From NCBI RefSeq assembly GCF_003918875.1, contig NW_025766984.1, forward strand, positions 1,054,001-1,118,000: a stretch of 64,000 bases of DNA, written 5' to 3'. The position numbers and the translations under genes are program-made. Position 1 is the first letter of the stretch. Each line of letters begins with the position of its first letter. Positions 11,501 to 23,757 of this stretch are shown here, piece after piece. The notes under the pieces were generated by a model, which saw only the letters and a list, made by a program, of their open reading frames with translations, was not told where the DNA came from and searched no databases. The DNA comes from Haliotis rubra. Taxonomy: Eukaryota.

Positions 11501-14500
11501 GCCTCCAGTATGACATATTTTTGGGCAGCTTTCAACAGTAAACAATATTCTTTGTGACCAATGGAGATATTGCTCCGGTGCAAATGCCCGGGTTAGAACT
11601 GATCATCAACAACAATGTATGGTTGTCGAATAACGGGATCGAGTGGCCTGGCTCGCTGACGGAGATATTGCTTTAGTGTGAAGACCCGGGTCTACTGATC
11701 ATCAGCAAACATATATGGTTGTAATAACGGGATCGAGTGGTCTGGCTCGCCGACGGAGATATTGCTTTAGAGTGAAGACCCGGGTCTACTGATCACCAGC
11801 AACAATGTATGGTTGTAATAACGGGATCGAGTGGCCTGGCTCGCCGACGGTGCTTTGCTTTAGAGTGAAGACCCGGGTCTACTGATCACCAGCAACAATG
11901 TATGGTTGCCATAACGAGATCGAGTGGTCTGGCTCGCTGACTTGCTGTGGTGCGTGTCATCACTTCCCAAACTGCTGCGTATATCAACGCTCCTGATATC
12001 AGCCAATGGAATGTCGGGGTTAGACTCCGACATCAATGAACATCAACCAAATAATGCATACTGTTGCTGCAACGTAAGATGTTAACTCACTGCATGTGTG
12101 GCACCTAACATTTAAATGAGAGAGTAAGTTTGGTTTTACGCCGCTTTAGCAATATTTCAAATATTTCAGCAGTATCACGGCGGGGGACACCAGAAAAGGG
12201 CTTCACACATTGTACCCATGTGGGGAATCGAACCCGTGTCTTGCGACGACGAGCGAACGCTATAAAACTAGGCCACCCGTAACATTTAAATAACACCCAT
12301 GCGGTACTTATACAAGATTCATGTAACGGTCTCCAACTGGAACCATATGAATTCTTTGATCGAATCGAAAACATCAATTGAATAGTGACATTCTTTTTCA
12401 AAATTCACTATAACAAAGTAAACGTTTTGACAGTGCGGACACATACTGATGCGAGATACGGGGTTTGTACATATCTCAATTCTTGAAGGTGTCCACTTGT
12501 AAACATTTCCTAAAACATCTTCTATCATTAGAAAAAGTACACAAAATTTCATGATATATGGAGAACGTGGAAGACTCCAACTATCTAACATAGTTAGCAG
12601 GAGGATGGTGTGTTTGGGGGCAAAAACTATCCTACGTGAAAATCATCTGAATTATCCTTCCTTGTATACACGTTATTGTTTACTGACGATTCATTTGGAA
12701 AGTGTAAACATGAATGGACTATATATACATATCAAATTAACCTTTGACGAACTGGGCTTTACTACACCTGGTTTTCGCAAAATTTCACAAACCCTTATCT
12801 AAACAATTAAATCACATTAACCTACCGTCTTGGCGCAATGTATAGTGTCATAAAAAGTGAATGTTTTGAATATTACTAAAACGAACTGCATTAAAGAAAA
12901 CAATTGGCAAATGATATTTAAGTCTACAACAACTAATCTGCCTATTAGAACTGTGAGGTTCAGAAAAAGTAGCTTGGAAAATGGCCAAAATCTGACGTAG
13001 ATGATAAATTCCATTGCTGTCCATCTTCAGAAAACGAAAACGTCTCACCTGTGTGTAACCCGTGAAGATCCGGGTTAGAATATCGATCTTCAGTAACCCA
13101 TGCCTGTCGTAAGAGGCGACTAACGGGATCGGGTGGTCAGGCTCGCTGACTTGGTTAACACACGTCATTGGTTCCCAATTGCGCAGATCGATGCTCATGC
13201 TGTTGATCACTGGATTGTCTGGTCCAGACTCGATTATTGACAGACCGCCGCCATATAGCTGGAATATTGCTGAGTGCGGTGTAAAACTAAACTCACTCAC
13301 TCACTCACCTGTGTGTACTGGGTCTCTGTCACACCTGTGTATTGGGTGTTTGTCTCACCTGTTTGTACTGGGTCTCTGTCACACCTGTGTATTGGGTGTT
13401 TGTCTCACCTGTGTGTACTGGGTCTCTGTAACACCTGTGTTTGTCTCACCTATGTGTACTTGGTCTCAGTCACACCTGTGTATTGGGTGTTTGTCTCACC
13501 CGTGTGTACTGGGTCTCTGTCATACCTGTGTATTGGGTGTTTGTCTCATCTGTGTGTACTGGGTCTCTGTCACACCTGAGGATTGGGTGTTTGTCTCACC
13601 TGTGTGTACTGGGTCTCTGTCACACCTATGTATTGGGTGTTTGTCTCACCTGTGTGTACTGGGTCTCTGTAACACCTGAGTATTTGGTGTTTGTCTCACC
13701 TGTGTGTACTGGGTCTCTGTCACACCTGTGTTTGTCTCACCTATGTGTACTTGGTCTCAGTCACACCTGTGTATTGGGTGCTTGTCTTACCTGTGTGTAC
13801 TGGGTCTCTGTCACACCTGAGGATTGGGTGTTTGTCTCACCTGTGTGTACTGGGTCTCTGTCACACCTATGTATTGGGTGTTTGTCTCACCTGTGTGTAC
13901 TGGGTCTCTGTAACACCTGAGTATTGGGTGTTTGTCTCACCTGTGTGTACTGGGTCTCTGTCACACCTGTGTATTGGGTGTTTGTCTCACCTGTGTGTAT
14001 TGGGTCTCTGTCACACCTGAGTATTGGGTGTTTGTCTCACCTGTGTGTACTGGGTCTCTGTCACACCTATGTATTGGGTGTTTGTCTCACCTGTGTGTAC
14101 TGGGTCTCTGTAACACCTGAGTGTTGGGTGTTTGTCTCACCTGTGTGTACTGGGTCTCTGTAACACCTGAGTATTGGGTGTTTGTCTCACCTGTGTGTTC
14201 TGGGTCTCTGTCACACCTGTGTATTGGGTGTTTGTCTCACCTGTGTGTATTGGGTCTCTGTCACACCTGTGTATTGGGTGTTTGTCTCACCTGTGTGTAC
14301 TGGGTCTCTGTCACACCTGTGTATTGGGTGTTTGTCTCACCTGTGTGTACTGGGTCTCTGTAACACCTGAGTATTGGGTGTTTGTCTCACCTGTGTGTTC
14401 TGGGTCTCTGTCACACCTGTGTATTGGGTGTTTGTCTCACCTGTGTGTATTGGGTCTCTGTCACACCTGTGTATTGGGTGTTTGTCTCACCTGTGTGTAC

Positions 14501-15225
14501 TGGGTCTCTGTCACACCTGTGTATTGGGTGTTTGTCTCATCTGTGTGTAAGGGGTGTTCGGGTGTCCGTCTGATTTGTGCGTGATGGGGTGCTCGTCTCA
14601 CCTGTGTGTATGGGGTGTCTGCCGGTCATGATGGCGCTTCTAGTCGGGGTACATATCGGAGATACGTAGTAGTTGTTGAGGAGGATGCCATTATAGGCAA
14701 GTTTGTCCAAAAATGGGGTCCTGATCTTAGAACCATGGAAGCCGACGTCACCCCAGCCCTGGAAATATTGCAAGCTATACTGTGTTCATCAGCGCAGAGC
14801 AAGAAGATATTTTAACTCCTTGCATACAAACAGTCACACATGACTGATCACTGATGTTAAATTATGCATGTCCTTTATCTACTGTCATAACATGACGCAA
14901 ACGTCAGTAAAAATATTTATTATTCTTCAAATCATTAATGTTCGCAATAAAATTTTGCTGCTTATGACAGAAAATAAAAGTTTATTTTGCTGTGATACTT
15001 GTCTTCACAATAGTTGTATCACCGATCACCGAGCTATAAAGTGAAAAATCGATCACTGTGTTAAATATATTCCAAGCGTGAGTCACGGATTGTAGACATA
15101 CTTACCAACCTGCTGTTATTGATTATACTCACCAGGTCATCCGCTACAATGAAGATAATGTTTGGGGGTTTTGCCTGTGACGTCACACACAGGAGCAGTA
15201 GCACAGTGATAAACACAGGCTTCAT
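5510..15225 (-). CDS. ARSB: Arylsulfatase B-like paralog G1, 8 exons, 517 aa, intact
   Basis: Exons 15225-15133, 14758-14602, 10642-10530, 10010-9897, 9136-9014, 7462-7333, 6810-6657, 6179-5510 (1554 nt, all GT-AG, phases consistent). Signal peptide [33 protein letters not shown], FGly motif [31 protein letters not shown]. The symbol denotes the ARSB/I/J-like family, not proven 1:1 orthology. Confidence 0.93.
7531..8715. mobile_element. Non-autonomous DNA element (GG..CC termini, 8-bp TSD) in G1 intron 5, hosting a Penelope fragment
   Basis: TSD tttatcaa at 7523-7530 and 8716-8723; imperfect TIRs with aactacatccca subterminal repeats; absent from the short homologous G2 intron. Confidence 0.6.
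7640..8200 (-). mobile_element. Penelope-like retroelement fragment with inverted terminal (pLTR-like) segment
   Basis: Minus-strand remnants [11 protein letters not shown]...[19 protein letters not shown] and [13 protein letters not shown] (RT end, Cys linker, GIY-YIG start). Hammerhead-like motif on the plus strand at 8123-8160. Confidence 0.7.
9502..9658 (-). mobile_element. SINE family A (tRNA-derived)
   Basis: A/B-box head (tagcctagtggttaaagcg, ggttcgattccc), body, and (TCAC)n tail. Confidence 0.85.
10742..10907 (+). mobile_element. SINE family A
   Basis: Full length, (TCAG)n tail, TSD gtattggaga. Confidence 0.88.
10978..11422 (-). mobile_element. Two adjacent SINE family B copies
   Basis: 10978-11222 and 11231-11422 both match the family B consensus. 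Confidence 0.85.
11563..12050 (+). repeat. About 94-bp x4 tandem repeat built from a SINE-B 5' half, ending in the rest of the SINE
   Basis: Unit starts at 11563, 11661, 11755 and 11849; each unit contains taacgggatcgagtgg..tggctcgc.gac. Confidence 0.8.
12118..12279 (-). mobile_element. SINE family A
   Basis: Flanked by TSD taacatttaaat. Confidence 0.82.
13058..13307 (+). mobile_element. SINE family B, full length
   Basis: 14-bp TSD ctcacctgtgtgta (13044-13057 and 13304-13317); (TCAC)n tail shared with family A. Confidence 0.9.
13304..14600 (-). repeat. Splice-donor-derived minisatellite in G1 intron 2 (50-nt dimer of 24+26-nt units, about 25 dimers)
   Basis: Sense-strand unit gtgagacaaacacccaatacacag-gtgtgacagagacccagtacacacag resembles the exon-2 end/donor agacaccccatacacacag|gtgagac. 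Confidence 0.92.
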
Positions 15226-15409
15226 TTTCCGCTAGAGAGTCACGGGTGATTCGTTTGACTTCAATAAAATATAGTCAGTGTCGTCCCGCGAAATCTATAA
15301 TAAACAATATCGTATGGTTACCATGGACAAGTTACAAAATTTGACTGCAGTTTGATGAAGTCAACGAAGAGCGTAACAAATTACCTATAATTAGATCTTT
15401 TTTCACCTC

Positions 15410-15418
15410 GTCACATGA
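15410..15418. promoter_or_regulatory. M-box/CLEAR-like E-box upstream of G1
   Basis: GTCACATGA about 185 nt upstream of the ATG; conserved in G2 (31313-31321) and as TCACGTGAC in G3 (41138-41146). Confidence 0.45.
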
Positions 15419-15692
15419 TCACGATACGCCTACAAAGACACACAGTACGATTGCCTGTCAGCAAAGCGCTCTTTGCTTCAGTGTACGGGTGATACTGTGG
15501 CGATAACTTACTTTATGTCCAGGTCAACCTCCAGTTACGTATGCAAGTCGACTACAACATATTCACCCATGAAGGCTGACGATAAGATATGAACAAGTAG
15601 TTGGCGCGCAGAGAGCAATGCAGGCGTTCATGCATTTAGCTTGTTGACATAATGATTAAAGGGAAACAACTCTTCACGCCTCCACGATCTTC

Positions 15693-18600
15693 TTTGAGTC
15701 TTGTTTGGTCTGCTGACGAGGACAGACGTGTGTATCTCGCTCTCTGAGTCAGTGTTCCTGTGTAGATTGTTCTCGCTGAGATTTATAGTGGTTAGTTGGG
15801 GTTTGTTTTGTTTCACACCATAAGCATAGTTGGTGAAACTTGCTTTGGTAATTAATTTAGTAATTATATTTTGTAATTGCCTTTCGTTTGTGTTCGTGAA
15901 ATTTCCTTGCACGTTCTCTGTTTCGGTTGGCTGAGCACGCTCGGCACGTATTGTCCGTGCAGAACTTGCAGAACTTGCTTCGCGGATTACGCTTGTCGAC
16001 AACACTGATAGCGTTAGCGTTTGCTTCGCAGATAGGGTTATGAATCCAGATTCTGACGGGGAATATACAGCCGACTGGTCGGCTCATGATGATTTTGAGG
16101 AAACTTCTACTCATGCCGAATTTGCTGAGAAATATAATGCTATGTTGGCTAAACGTCCAAAACGGAAACATGATGACGATGTTCAGACAAATTTTACGGA
16201 AAAAAATCTGAAGCCCATTGTTATTTTTTCCTCGGTAGACACTAGTGTCAGTTTGAAATCCGTAACTCCCGTTGCACTAGCTAAGGATATTCAAAAACAT
16301 ATTGGTGATATACATAGCCTAAAAGAGGCTGGATAAAGGTGACATTGTGTTACACTGCAGATCGGCTGAGCAGGCCAAAACGGCTCTGTCATTGACGCGA
16401 ATTTGTGGGAAACAAATCAAAGCTTATGTCCCAAAAGTTTGCGAGAATCAAAGGTGTTATTTACAATATAGATCTGGATATTTCTGAAGATGAAATAGTT
16501 GAGCAGTTGAAATCCTTCAAAGTGACTGATGCTAAACGTTTAACCAGAGGTAAGGAAAAACAGCAGACATTATCAGTTTTGTTAACTTTTGCAAGTACCA
16601 CACTCCCAGAGCATGTATACATGTACTATCAGTCTTTCAAGGTAAGAACGTATGTACCACCAGCCCTTAGGTGTTATAAATGCCAGCGTTTCGGTCATAC
16701 ATCAAACAATTGTAAAAGTACAGTTCAAGTTTGTGCCCGCTGCAGTGGGGATCATGCTTATGATGCCTGCCCTTCTAAAGATACCTTGAAATGTTCCAAT
16801 TGCGGAGGAAATCACAGCGCAGCATATAGAGGTTGTAATAAATACAAAGGAAGCGGTAGAAATCCAACGTGTAAAAGTTGAAAACAAAGTTTCTTATAAA
16901 GAAGCCGTACAAATGGTCAAAGTAAACAATCCTATGTCTATGTCCTTTGCAAATGCTGTCAAACTCCGTCCTAAACAGCCAGTTGTTCCTTCTCCTCCGC
17001 AAGTTGCAATAAGTCGACCTTCAGTCTAGGTCACTCATGGTTCAAATAATTGTTCAACTCAATGTTCATGTCAGTGTTCTATTCATGGTGATAGATCACT
17101 GGATCAATCTCAGTCTACTCGTCCATCAAGCGAAAGCAGCCCATCCCGAGTTGATAATTCAACTGAAAACCTTGTTGCATTCTTACTATAGGTTATCACA
17201 GTCTGTTTTGGTGCTCCAAACCGAGATGACCAAATTTGTCGTATTATGTCCGCTGCAAAGTCTCATCTCCACATTGATATATCTCAAGATATCTTCCGTT
17301 CTTTTTCCACTGATAAATCATAATGGATAGCGCCCTCTTGCTGCTAACTATTCTGCAGTGGAATGCACAGAGTTTAGTTGCACACGGTCCTCATCTTAAG
17401 GCGTTTCTTGGAAAACTAGAATTCAAACCGGATGTAATATGCATTCAATAAACATTCCTCTGGCCTGAGTGTCAGTTTAAAATTAATGGTTATGTTAGCA
17501 TGCGAAAAGATCGCATTGAATATGACCCTAGGACCAGAAATCCTAAACGTGGCGGTTGTGCTATTTTTGTCAAATCAGATTTAACCTATAATAGTCATAC
17601 CATGCCGAAACTTAATTTTGAGGCAATGCGGTGGAAATTGTCTCAGACGAGAAATAATTCCTAACCATTGTTAATATATACAGCAATGGTTCGCCATCTC
17701 TAGATGATTATAACATGCTGACAAATTCTGTAGATACACCAGTTTTGATATGTGGTGATTTCAATAGTCATAATGCACTGTGGGGGAGCAGGCATACAAA
17801 TCATGCTGGTCAAGTTGTAGAAACTCTTTTGGATGACACAGGTTTAATATTGCTAAACTCTGGCCAAATGACCCGTATAAATACTGGTAACTTTACTTTC
17901 TCAGCATTGGATCTTACCCTTGTTTCGCCGATTTTATCACACAAATGCCAATGGGGTGTTTATCAACACGACAGTCTGGGGAGTGATCACTTTCCAGTTT
18001 TCACTGAAATATCGTTTACACCTCTTCGAACACCTGCACATGGACTTTCTAGATGGAGATTTAAATCTGCAAATTGGCATAAATTTGTTGAACTTTGTTC
18101 AAATGAAATAACCTGTGATCTGCTTACAGATGACATTGAACGTTCAACTTGTAATCTAACTTTATCTCTTACTAAAATCTCAGAAAAAGCTATTGGTAAA
18201 ACTTCCGGAAAGCCAACTACTCGAAATTCTCAGTATTGGTGGAATAAGGATTGTGACAAAGCCGATAAAGCTCGGCAAAAGGCTTATAACAGACTTCGCA
18301 GGACATCCTTACCGGTTGATTTAGACGACTTTCGGAAAAAAACGGGCTGAATTCCAACGTCTTGTACGATCATTAAAACGCAGCAGTTGGCGTTCTTACA
18401 TATCTACAATAAACAGGCATACTTCCTTATCTTCAATTTGGGTCAAGGTAAAAAGGATTAGTGGGAACCGTAATAGATCCCCTATTCCTGTTTTGGATCA
18501 AAGCGCTATTTCCCGTGAAGAGAAAGCAAATCTTTTAGCAGATCAGTTTGAGGCTGTTAGCAGCTATGAAAACTTTTCAACAAAATTTAAAAACGAAATC

Positions 18601-20990
18601 ACAAATTTGGAGAATGAGATTATTCCAATAATTTCAGATTCTTTATTACAACCTTTTCCTGAATATGATTTATCCTTCCACCTGGGAGAATTAAAATCGG
18701 CAATATCAAAGGGCAAGAATACATCTCCTGGTGCCGATGAATTGTGTTACGAACACTTTAAACATATGCCAGATTCAGCTCTAGAAGTCATACTTAATAT
18801 CATAAATCAAAGCTGGATATCTGGGAAGTTACCCAAAAGCTGGAGACACGCTGTTGTTATCCCTGTTCCCAAACCTGGTAAAGATCCATCTCGCCCTGTT
18901 TCATACAGACCAATAGCCTTAACGTCTAACCTGTGTAAAATCATGGAAAGGTTGGTCACAAATCGTTTGAGTTTCTACTTAGAATCAAATGAATTATTAA
19001 CGAGGCTACAGTGTGGGTTTAGGAAAACTCGTTCTTGCATAGATCACCTAGTTCGACTACAAAATGAAGCACAAAAAGCACTAGGAAACCAAGAGTATAT
19101 GCTGTGTGTATTTTTTAGACATTGAAAAGGCATATGATATGCTATGGAGAAATGGACTTTTATTTAAACTGCAAAGCTTGGGGGTAAAGGGACGTATGCT
19201 ACAGTGGATAAAGTCCTTCCTAACTGATCGAACCATACAAGTTCGTATTGGGCAACACGTGTCTGACATGCGAATTATCGTAAATGTCACTCCACAGGGC
19301 AATGTTATAAGCCCTTTGCTCTTTAATATAATGATCAATGATTTCTTTTCTGAACTTCCTTTAAACATTGATGCGTCACAATTTGCAGATGACGGTGCTT
19401 GTTGGAGGCGTTTTGGAAACATTGAGTTTGTTCATAAATCTATCCAATTAGCTCTAAATTCTATAGATGTTTGGTGTTCAAAGTGGGTGTTCAAGGTTTC
19501 AACTTCTAAATCAGTTGCTATGTTCTTCACAAGACGTAAAGTTCCTCCAAATCTGAAGCTACACATTGGTGGTCAGGACATACAATTTGTTTCTGAATTT
19601 AAATTTTTGGGTGTAATCTTTGATCAAAAACTCACTTGGTCAAACCACATCAACTACATTTCATCAAAATGTACTAAAGCTCTCAATTTACTGAAAAGCG
19701 TGTCTGCCACAAAGTGGGGTGCTGATAAATCATCCTTGCTTCTGTTGTACAAAGCACTAATTTTGTCTAGATTAGAATATGGCTGTCAAGTTTTTATGAA
19801 TGCTGCAAAATGTCATTTGGCTAAACTTGATCGTGTTCAAGCCAAAGCTCTTCGGATATGCACTGGTGCTTTTCCTACTACTCCAGTTTCTGCCCTGCAG
19901 GTGGAATGCTCAGAACCTCCTTTGCAATATCATCGTTTTAAAGTTGCCCTTAAGTACTATTTATCCTTAAAAGCTTCCTCTAGGTATCAACCAGCAACTG
20001 ATATATTGTGTGATTGCGTGGAATATGTCATGTGTGATTGGAATCATGGAAAACCACCGTTTGGATTACTTGTACAACAATTTGCATTACAGTACAAGTT
20101 AAATAATCTTCAGTTGAATGCTGCTCGATCTCTCCCGAAAACGGTTCCATGGACTTTAACACAACCTTCGATTTCACAGGATTTATCGGAGCTTGTAAAC
20201 AAACAAATGTCACCAAGTGTTACTGATTCGCTGTCAGCTGTACAAGCAATTCAATCAGGTGTACAAGGTCCACGACATCTTGTATCTTGATACTGTTTTA
20301 AACTCCATGTACATCAGCTGTGATATTGTTTGGATTCCTGCACATGTTGGTGTAGCTGGAAACGAAGTAGTTGACACAATTGCTAAGATGGCTTGCAACA
20401 GACCACAGCCAGATATTCATTCAATTAAGCCCATTCCAAGAGATTACTGGTTTGTCATTTCATCTTCAATAAATGCATCTTGGCAAAATAAATGGGATAA
20501 TGAAACTACAGGTAGACACATGTACTCTACTTGTCCTGTAGTAAACAAACATTTTAAAATTCGTCGGCGTTGTCGCAGAGATGAAGTTGTTTTAACTCGT
20601 CTCAGGCTGGGACATTGTGGATTAAAGGCATATAGAAGTATTTTAGATAAAGACTTATCTCCTCTGTGTGAAAGCTGTAACTTAGAGTGCCCAGAAACAG
20701 TTCAGCACTACCTCATTGAATGTCCAGCTCATGAAAACCCACGTAAGGCTCTTAAAGAAACTGTGCTTAACAAAACCCAAAATACTTTTTTCAATGAACG
20801 CAATACTTGGCGATAATTTAATGTATGGTTGCATACAAAGATCTGTTTTAGACTTCCTCGTTAAAACGGGTAAGTACGATGTTATTTAACTGAACAAAAA
20901 TATAACAGTTTGTTAAGTGTTGGGCGCATGTAGGCCTTTTAAGGCCCAAGGTCGCCCTAAAACCTTATATACATACATACATACATACAT
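15693..20990 (+). mobile_element. Full-length, defective non-LTR retrotransposon (I group, Nimb/I-like)
   Basis: TSD acgatcttc (15684-15692 and 20991-20999). ORF1 from about 16040 with three Cys-His knuckles (CYKCQRFGHTSNNC, CARCSGDH, CSNCGGNH). ORF2 from about 17323 with APE (ILQWNA, GDFNSH, GSDHFP), RT (YRPIALTS, QFADD), RNase H C-half (TDSLS, WIPAHVGVAGNE) and CCHC (CESC..ETVQHYLIEC). (TACA)n tail; several frameshifts and a stop at 17449-17451. Confidence 0.93.
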
Positions 20991-21217
20991 ACGATCTTCA
21001 TTGGTTTAATGGCTAAAGTGAATGCCCGATGCGTCTCGCGAGTACAAACTGTTCAAATAAACTGTTATCAATAAAATCACATATCAATGGGTTTTTGGCT
21101 CAAATGATCCTCTTCAAATGAATTACATGTAATACATTTGCTTTTGATGTTAAGGTTATACAGCCAAAGCAAAAAGAAGAAGAAGAAGAAGAAGAAGATT
21201 TGCTTTGACCAGTGCTG

Positions 21218-22190
21218 CTACTCCACCCATGTTGTTGTGACATAGTCCATGAACTTATATGGCGGCATCATCACCTGGTGCATCAACAATAGCGTCCAAC
21301 CAGACATTGTCGGCCTGATAAAGAGGCACAAGAGGAAGAGCCATAGCTCTCTCAGCTGGCTTCCGAAAGTCGGCTTTATCCTTGTAAGGAGACACAAGTC
21401 CAAGGTGCTGAACTCGTCTCCACAGAGCCCGTGGAAGTGAAAATAACATCCACGTATCTGAATGTTATCCAACACTGCAACTGGTGCGTTGGCGACGGCT
21501 TCCTCAAAGTCTGTCTGAAGAATCTGGCGCTGGAGGTTGCGCTGCAGTCTGTCAGTTTCTTTCTTCAGTAAACAATGTTGTTGGGCAGAAGAAGTACGCT
21601 AATGGATGCATTATTCCTTGAACCTCTGTATGTTTGTAGAAACAAACGATGTGATGGAAAGATAGTTCCCTCAGCATAAATGATATCCTCATTGCCCACA
21701 GTGTTCTTAGTTCTCTTGTGACGAAGATAAGGATTTTGTCATCTTCTCCATGATCAGCAATCAGAAACTGTTCTCCTGCATCAGTTCTTGTCCAGCCTTT
21801 TTCCAACTGCTGATCTGGTCATCGGAAGTCGTGGTATGTTCTTCTGTCTGTGTCTGTACATAAGTGAAATCATGCTGTCGAAAGTTGGAAAAAGGCATAA
21901 ATACGTGGGATAAACGTAGTCTCGGTTCTTGCACGATCAAGAAGCCTGCTTCTAAATAATCAACATGATGAAGATAAGGAGCTGATTCGTGATTGGGGTC
22001 TTCTGGACCGATCTTCACTAGTCTGTCATCCACTGTCATGATGGTTCCTTGCATGTAGCATCAATACACCTCCAGTACACTGCATCATTCTTGTTCGCTC
22101 CTGTTCACTTTACACGTGTACCCTTCATGATAAGCATATCTACCTCCCCGGGGATGAGGTAGAAAGGAGACTACCACAAGTACATTTGCC
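21218..22190 (-). mobile_element. Degraded MULE (Mutator-like) transposase with FLYWCH-like N-terminus
   Basis: Fragments FLIADHGEDDKILIFVT, HPLAYF, QTDFEEAVANA...IRGCYFHF and RAMALPLVP across several frames. Confidence 0.75.
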
Positions 22191-22495
22191 ATACGAGCAT
22201 AGTTGATTTAAGGCTTAATCACCTAAGCTCAACACGGACTACTCCAGGAGAGCGTCATGGGTTAGTGATCACACATATTAGGCAATCTGAGCTGACGAGT
22301 AATTAGACAATGTGGGTATTAATCAATTTAGGAAATTAGACGATCTGGGTATACTCCACTATACTATGGGTGGGTTGTCTGACCATGCACGAGTGGTTTC
22401 TCCATGGCTTAGTGTCGCTGACCCGCATAATCTGTTTGGGAGAGACTAGCAATGGGCATAGAGTGAAAATGAAATAGTGCAGTTTTCTTCATACA

Positions 22496-22665
22496 GGGGC
22501 GGCGGGGTAGCCTAGTGGTTAAAGCGTTCGCTCCTCACGATGAAGACCTGGGTTCGATTCCCCACCTGGGTAGATTGTGTGAAGCCTATTTCTGGCGTCT
22601 CCCGCCGTGATATTGCTGGAATATTACTAAAAACTGCGTAAACCCTAACTCATTCACTCACTCAC
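22496..22665 (+). mobile_element. SINE family A
   Basis: Matches the family consensus; (TCAC)n tail. Confidence 0.85.
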
Positions 22666-22820
22666 TTTCCTCCCTAACCTTCACGGGGGTAGATGTGAGC
22701 ATCATGCAGGTTCATGGTTCTCTCTGAAGAGAGAAAAGGATGGCTGTGTGTACTGGAGGTGCACGGACAGACTATGCAAGGGGGCACTGCAGACTATGAA
22801 TGATTTGAATACACAATGGA

Positions 22821-22960
22821 AGCCGGGGTGGCTGAGTGGGTTAGATTGCTAACTTTCTGTGCTGCCTGACACTGAGAGAGTGGATTCGAACCCCGAACGG
22901 GACTCAACAAAACAAAAATACTTGAATCGGTACTTTAATGAGAAAATGTAATCCCATATG
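22821..22960 (+). mobile_element. SINE family C (long-arm tRNA-like head)
   Basis: gtggctgagtgggttag...ggattcgaacccc head and tactttaatgagaaaatgtaatccca body. Related copies at about 36890-37085 (+), 6320-6495 (-) and 24560-24750 (-). Confidence 0.65.
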
Positions 22961-23757
22961 CAACATATGATACGACCCCCTCCATCTCCATGACGTTGAT
23001 TCCTTCAAGATACAGCTGCTTCTACGAGCCCGTTCAGAGACATAGGATCTATGGACATGAACTCGCCGCCCTCATGAAGCATCAGGTCAATGAAGGACTT
23101 CCTTAAAACACCCAAACTTTGACATATTAAGGATATCAATGTTGAGAGTCTGTTATTTTCTAATTATAACATATGATTTATTACCCAGAGCTGATTAAAA
23201 TAATAAATACTCATCTTACTATAGTTCCATTTTGACGAAATAAATGTCACCATATATGACGATTGGGTGTAATGCAGCTTGTCACAACGGTGTTGAACCT
23301 GGTGCCACAGCATTCCTACAGCCTATCCACCACGCTGTATGTATGCTGAACAGGGTTTGGCTGACCCATACTCCAGTATATCTTAAAACCACAACTGAAG
23401 CATAAGTTTCTTTTAATCAAGAATCAAAGAATAAAAATATCAATATCAGACATTTTATTTCGTCAGTAAAACAACCTGTCATTAACACATTGTTAAAGCA
23501 TGCACAAACTGCCCTTGGATATTTCATACTACTTTGTACGCCAAACGTCATGAGAATCTGATATATTTTTAATTTTCCAGTTACGCACAAAATATCATTA
23601 TTTACATAAGATATATCAAAACTAAATATAATCATAAAAAATCGACCCTTCACGGGTTCGATTAAAATATATATAACATCAACAGTGTCTTTTTCATACA
23701 CACATTTTACAGGTTTTTAAAACGATTGAATCTGTAACTTGTGTCAATTAGTGTGTC

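Noticed and set aside
13179-14584. Many Cys/Val-rich ORFs (also 47302-47944, 53178-53638, 54677-55176, 55679-57763)
   Set aside because: They are translations of intronic minisatellites in several frames, with no independent coding evidence.
14602-14620. Intron 2 created by tandem duplication of an exonic AG|GT site
   Set aside because: Repeat units contain intronic GTGAGA/GTAAG, not exon-3 sequence, and the intron position is shared by all paralogs, so the arrays postdate the intron.
20915-20990. This LINE as the direct partner of SINE families A and B
   Set aside because: Its 3' end and (TACA)n tail show only weak resemblance to the SINE tail.
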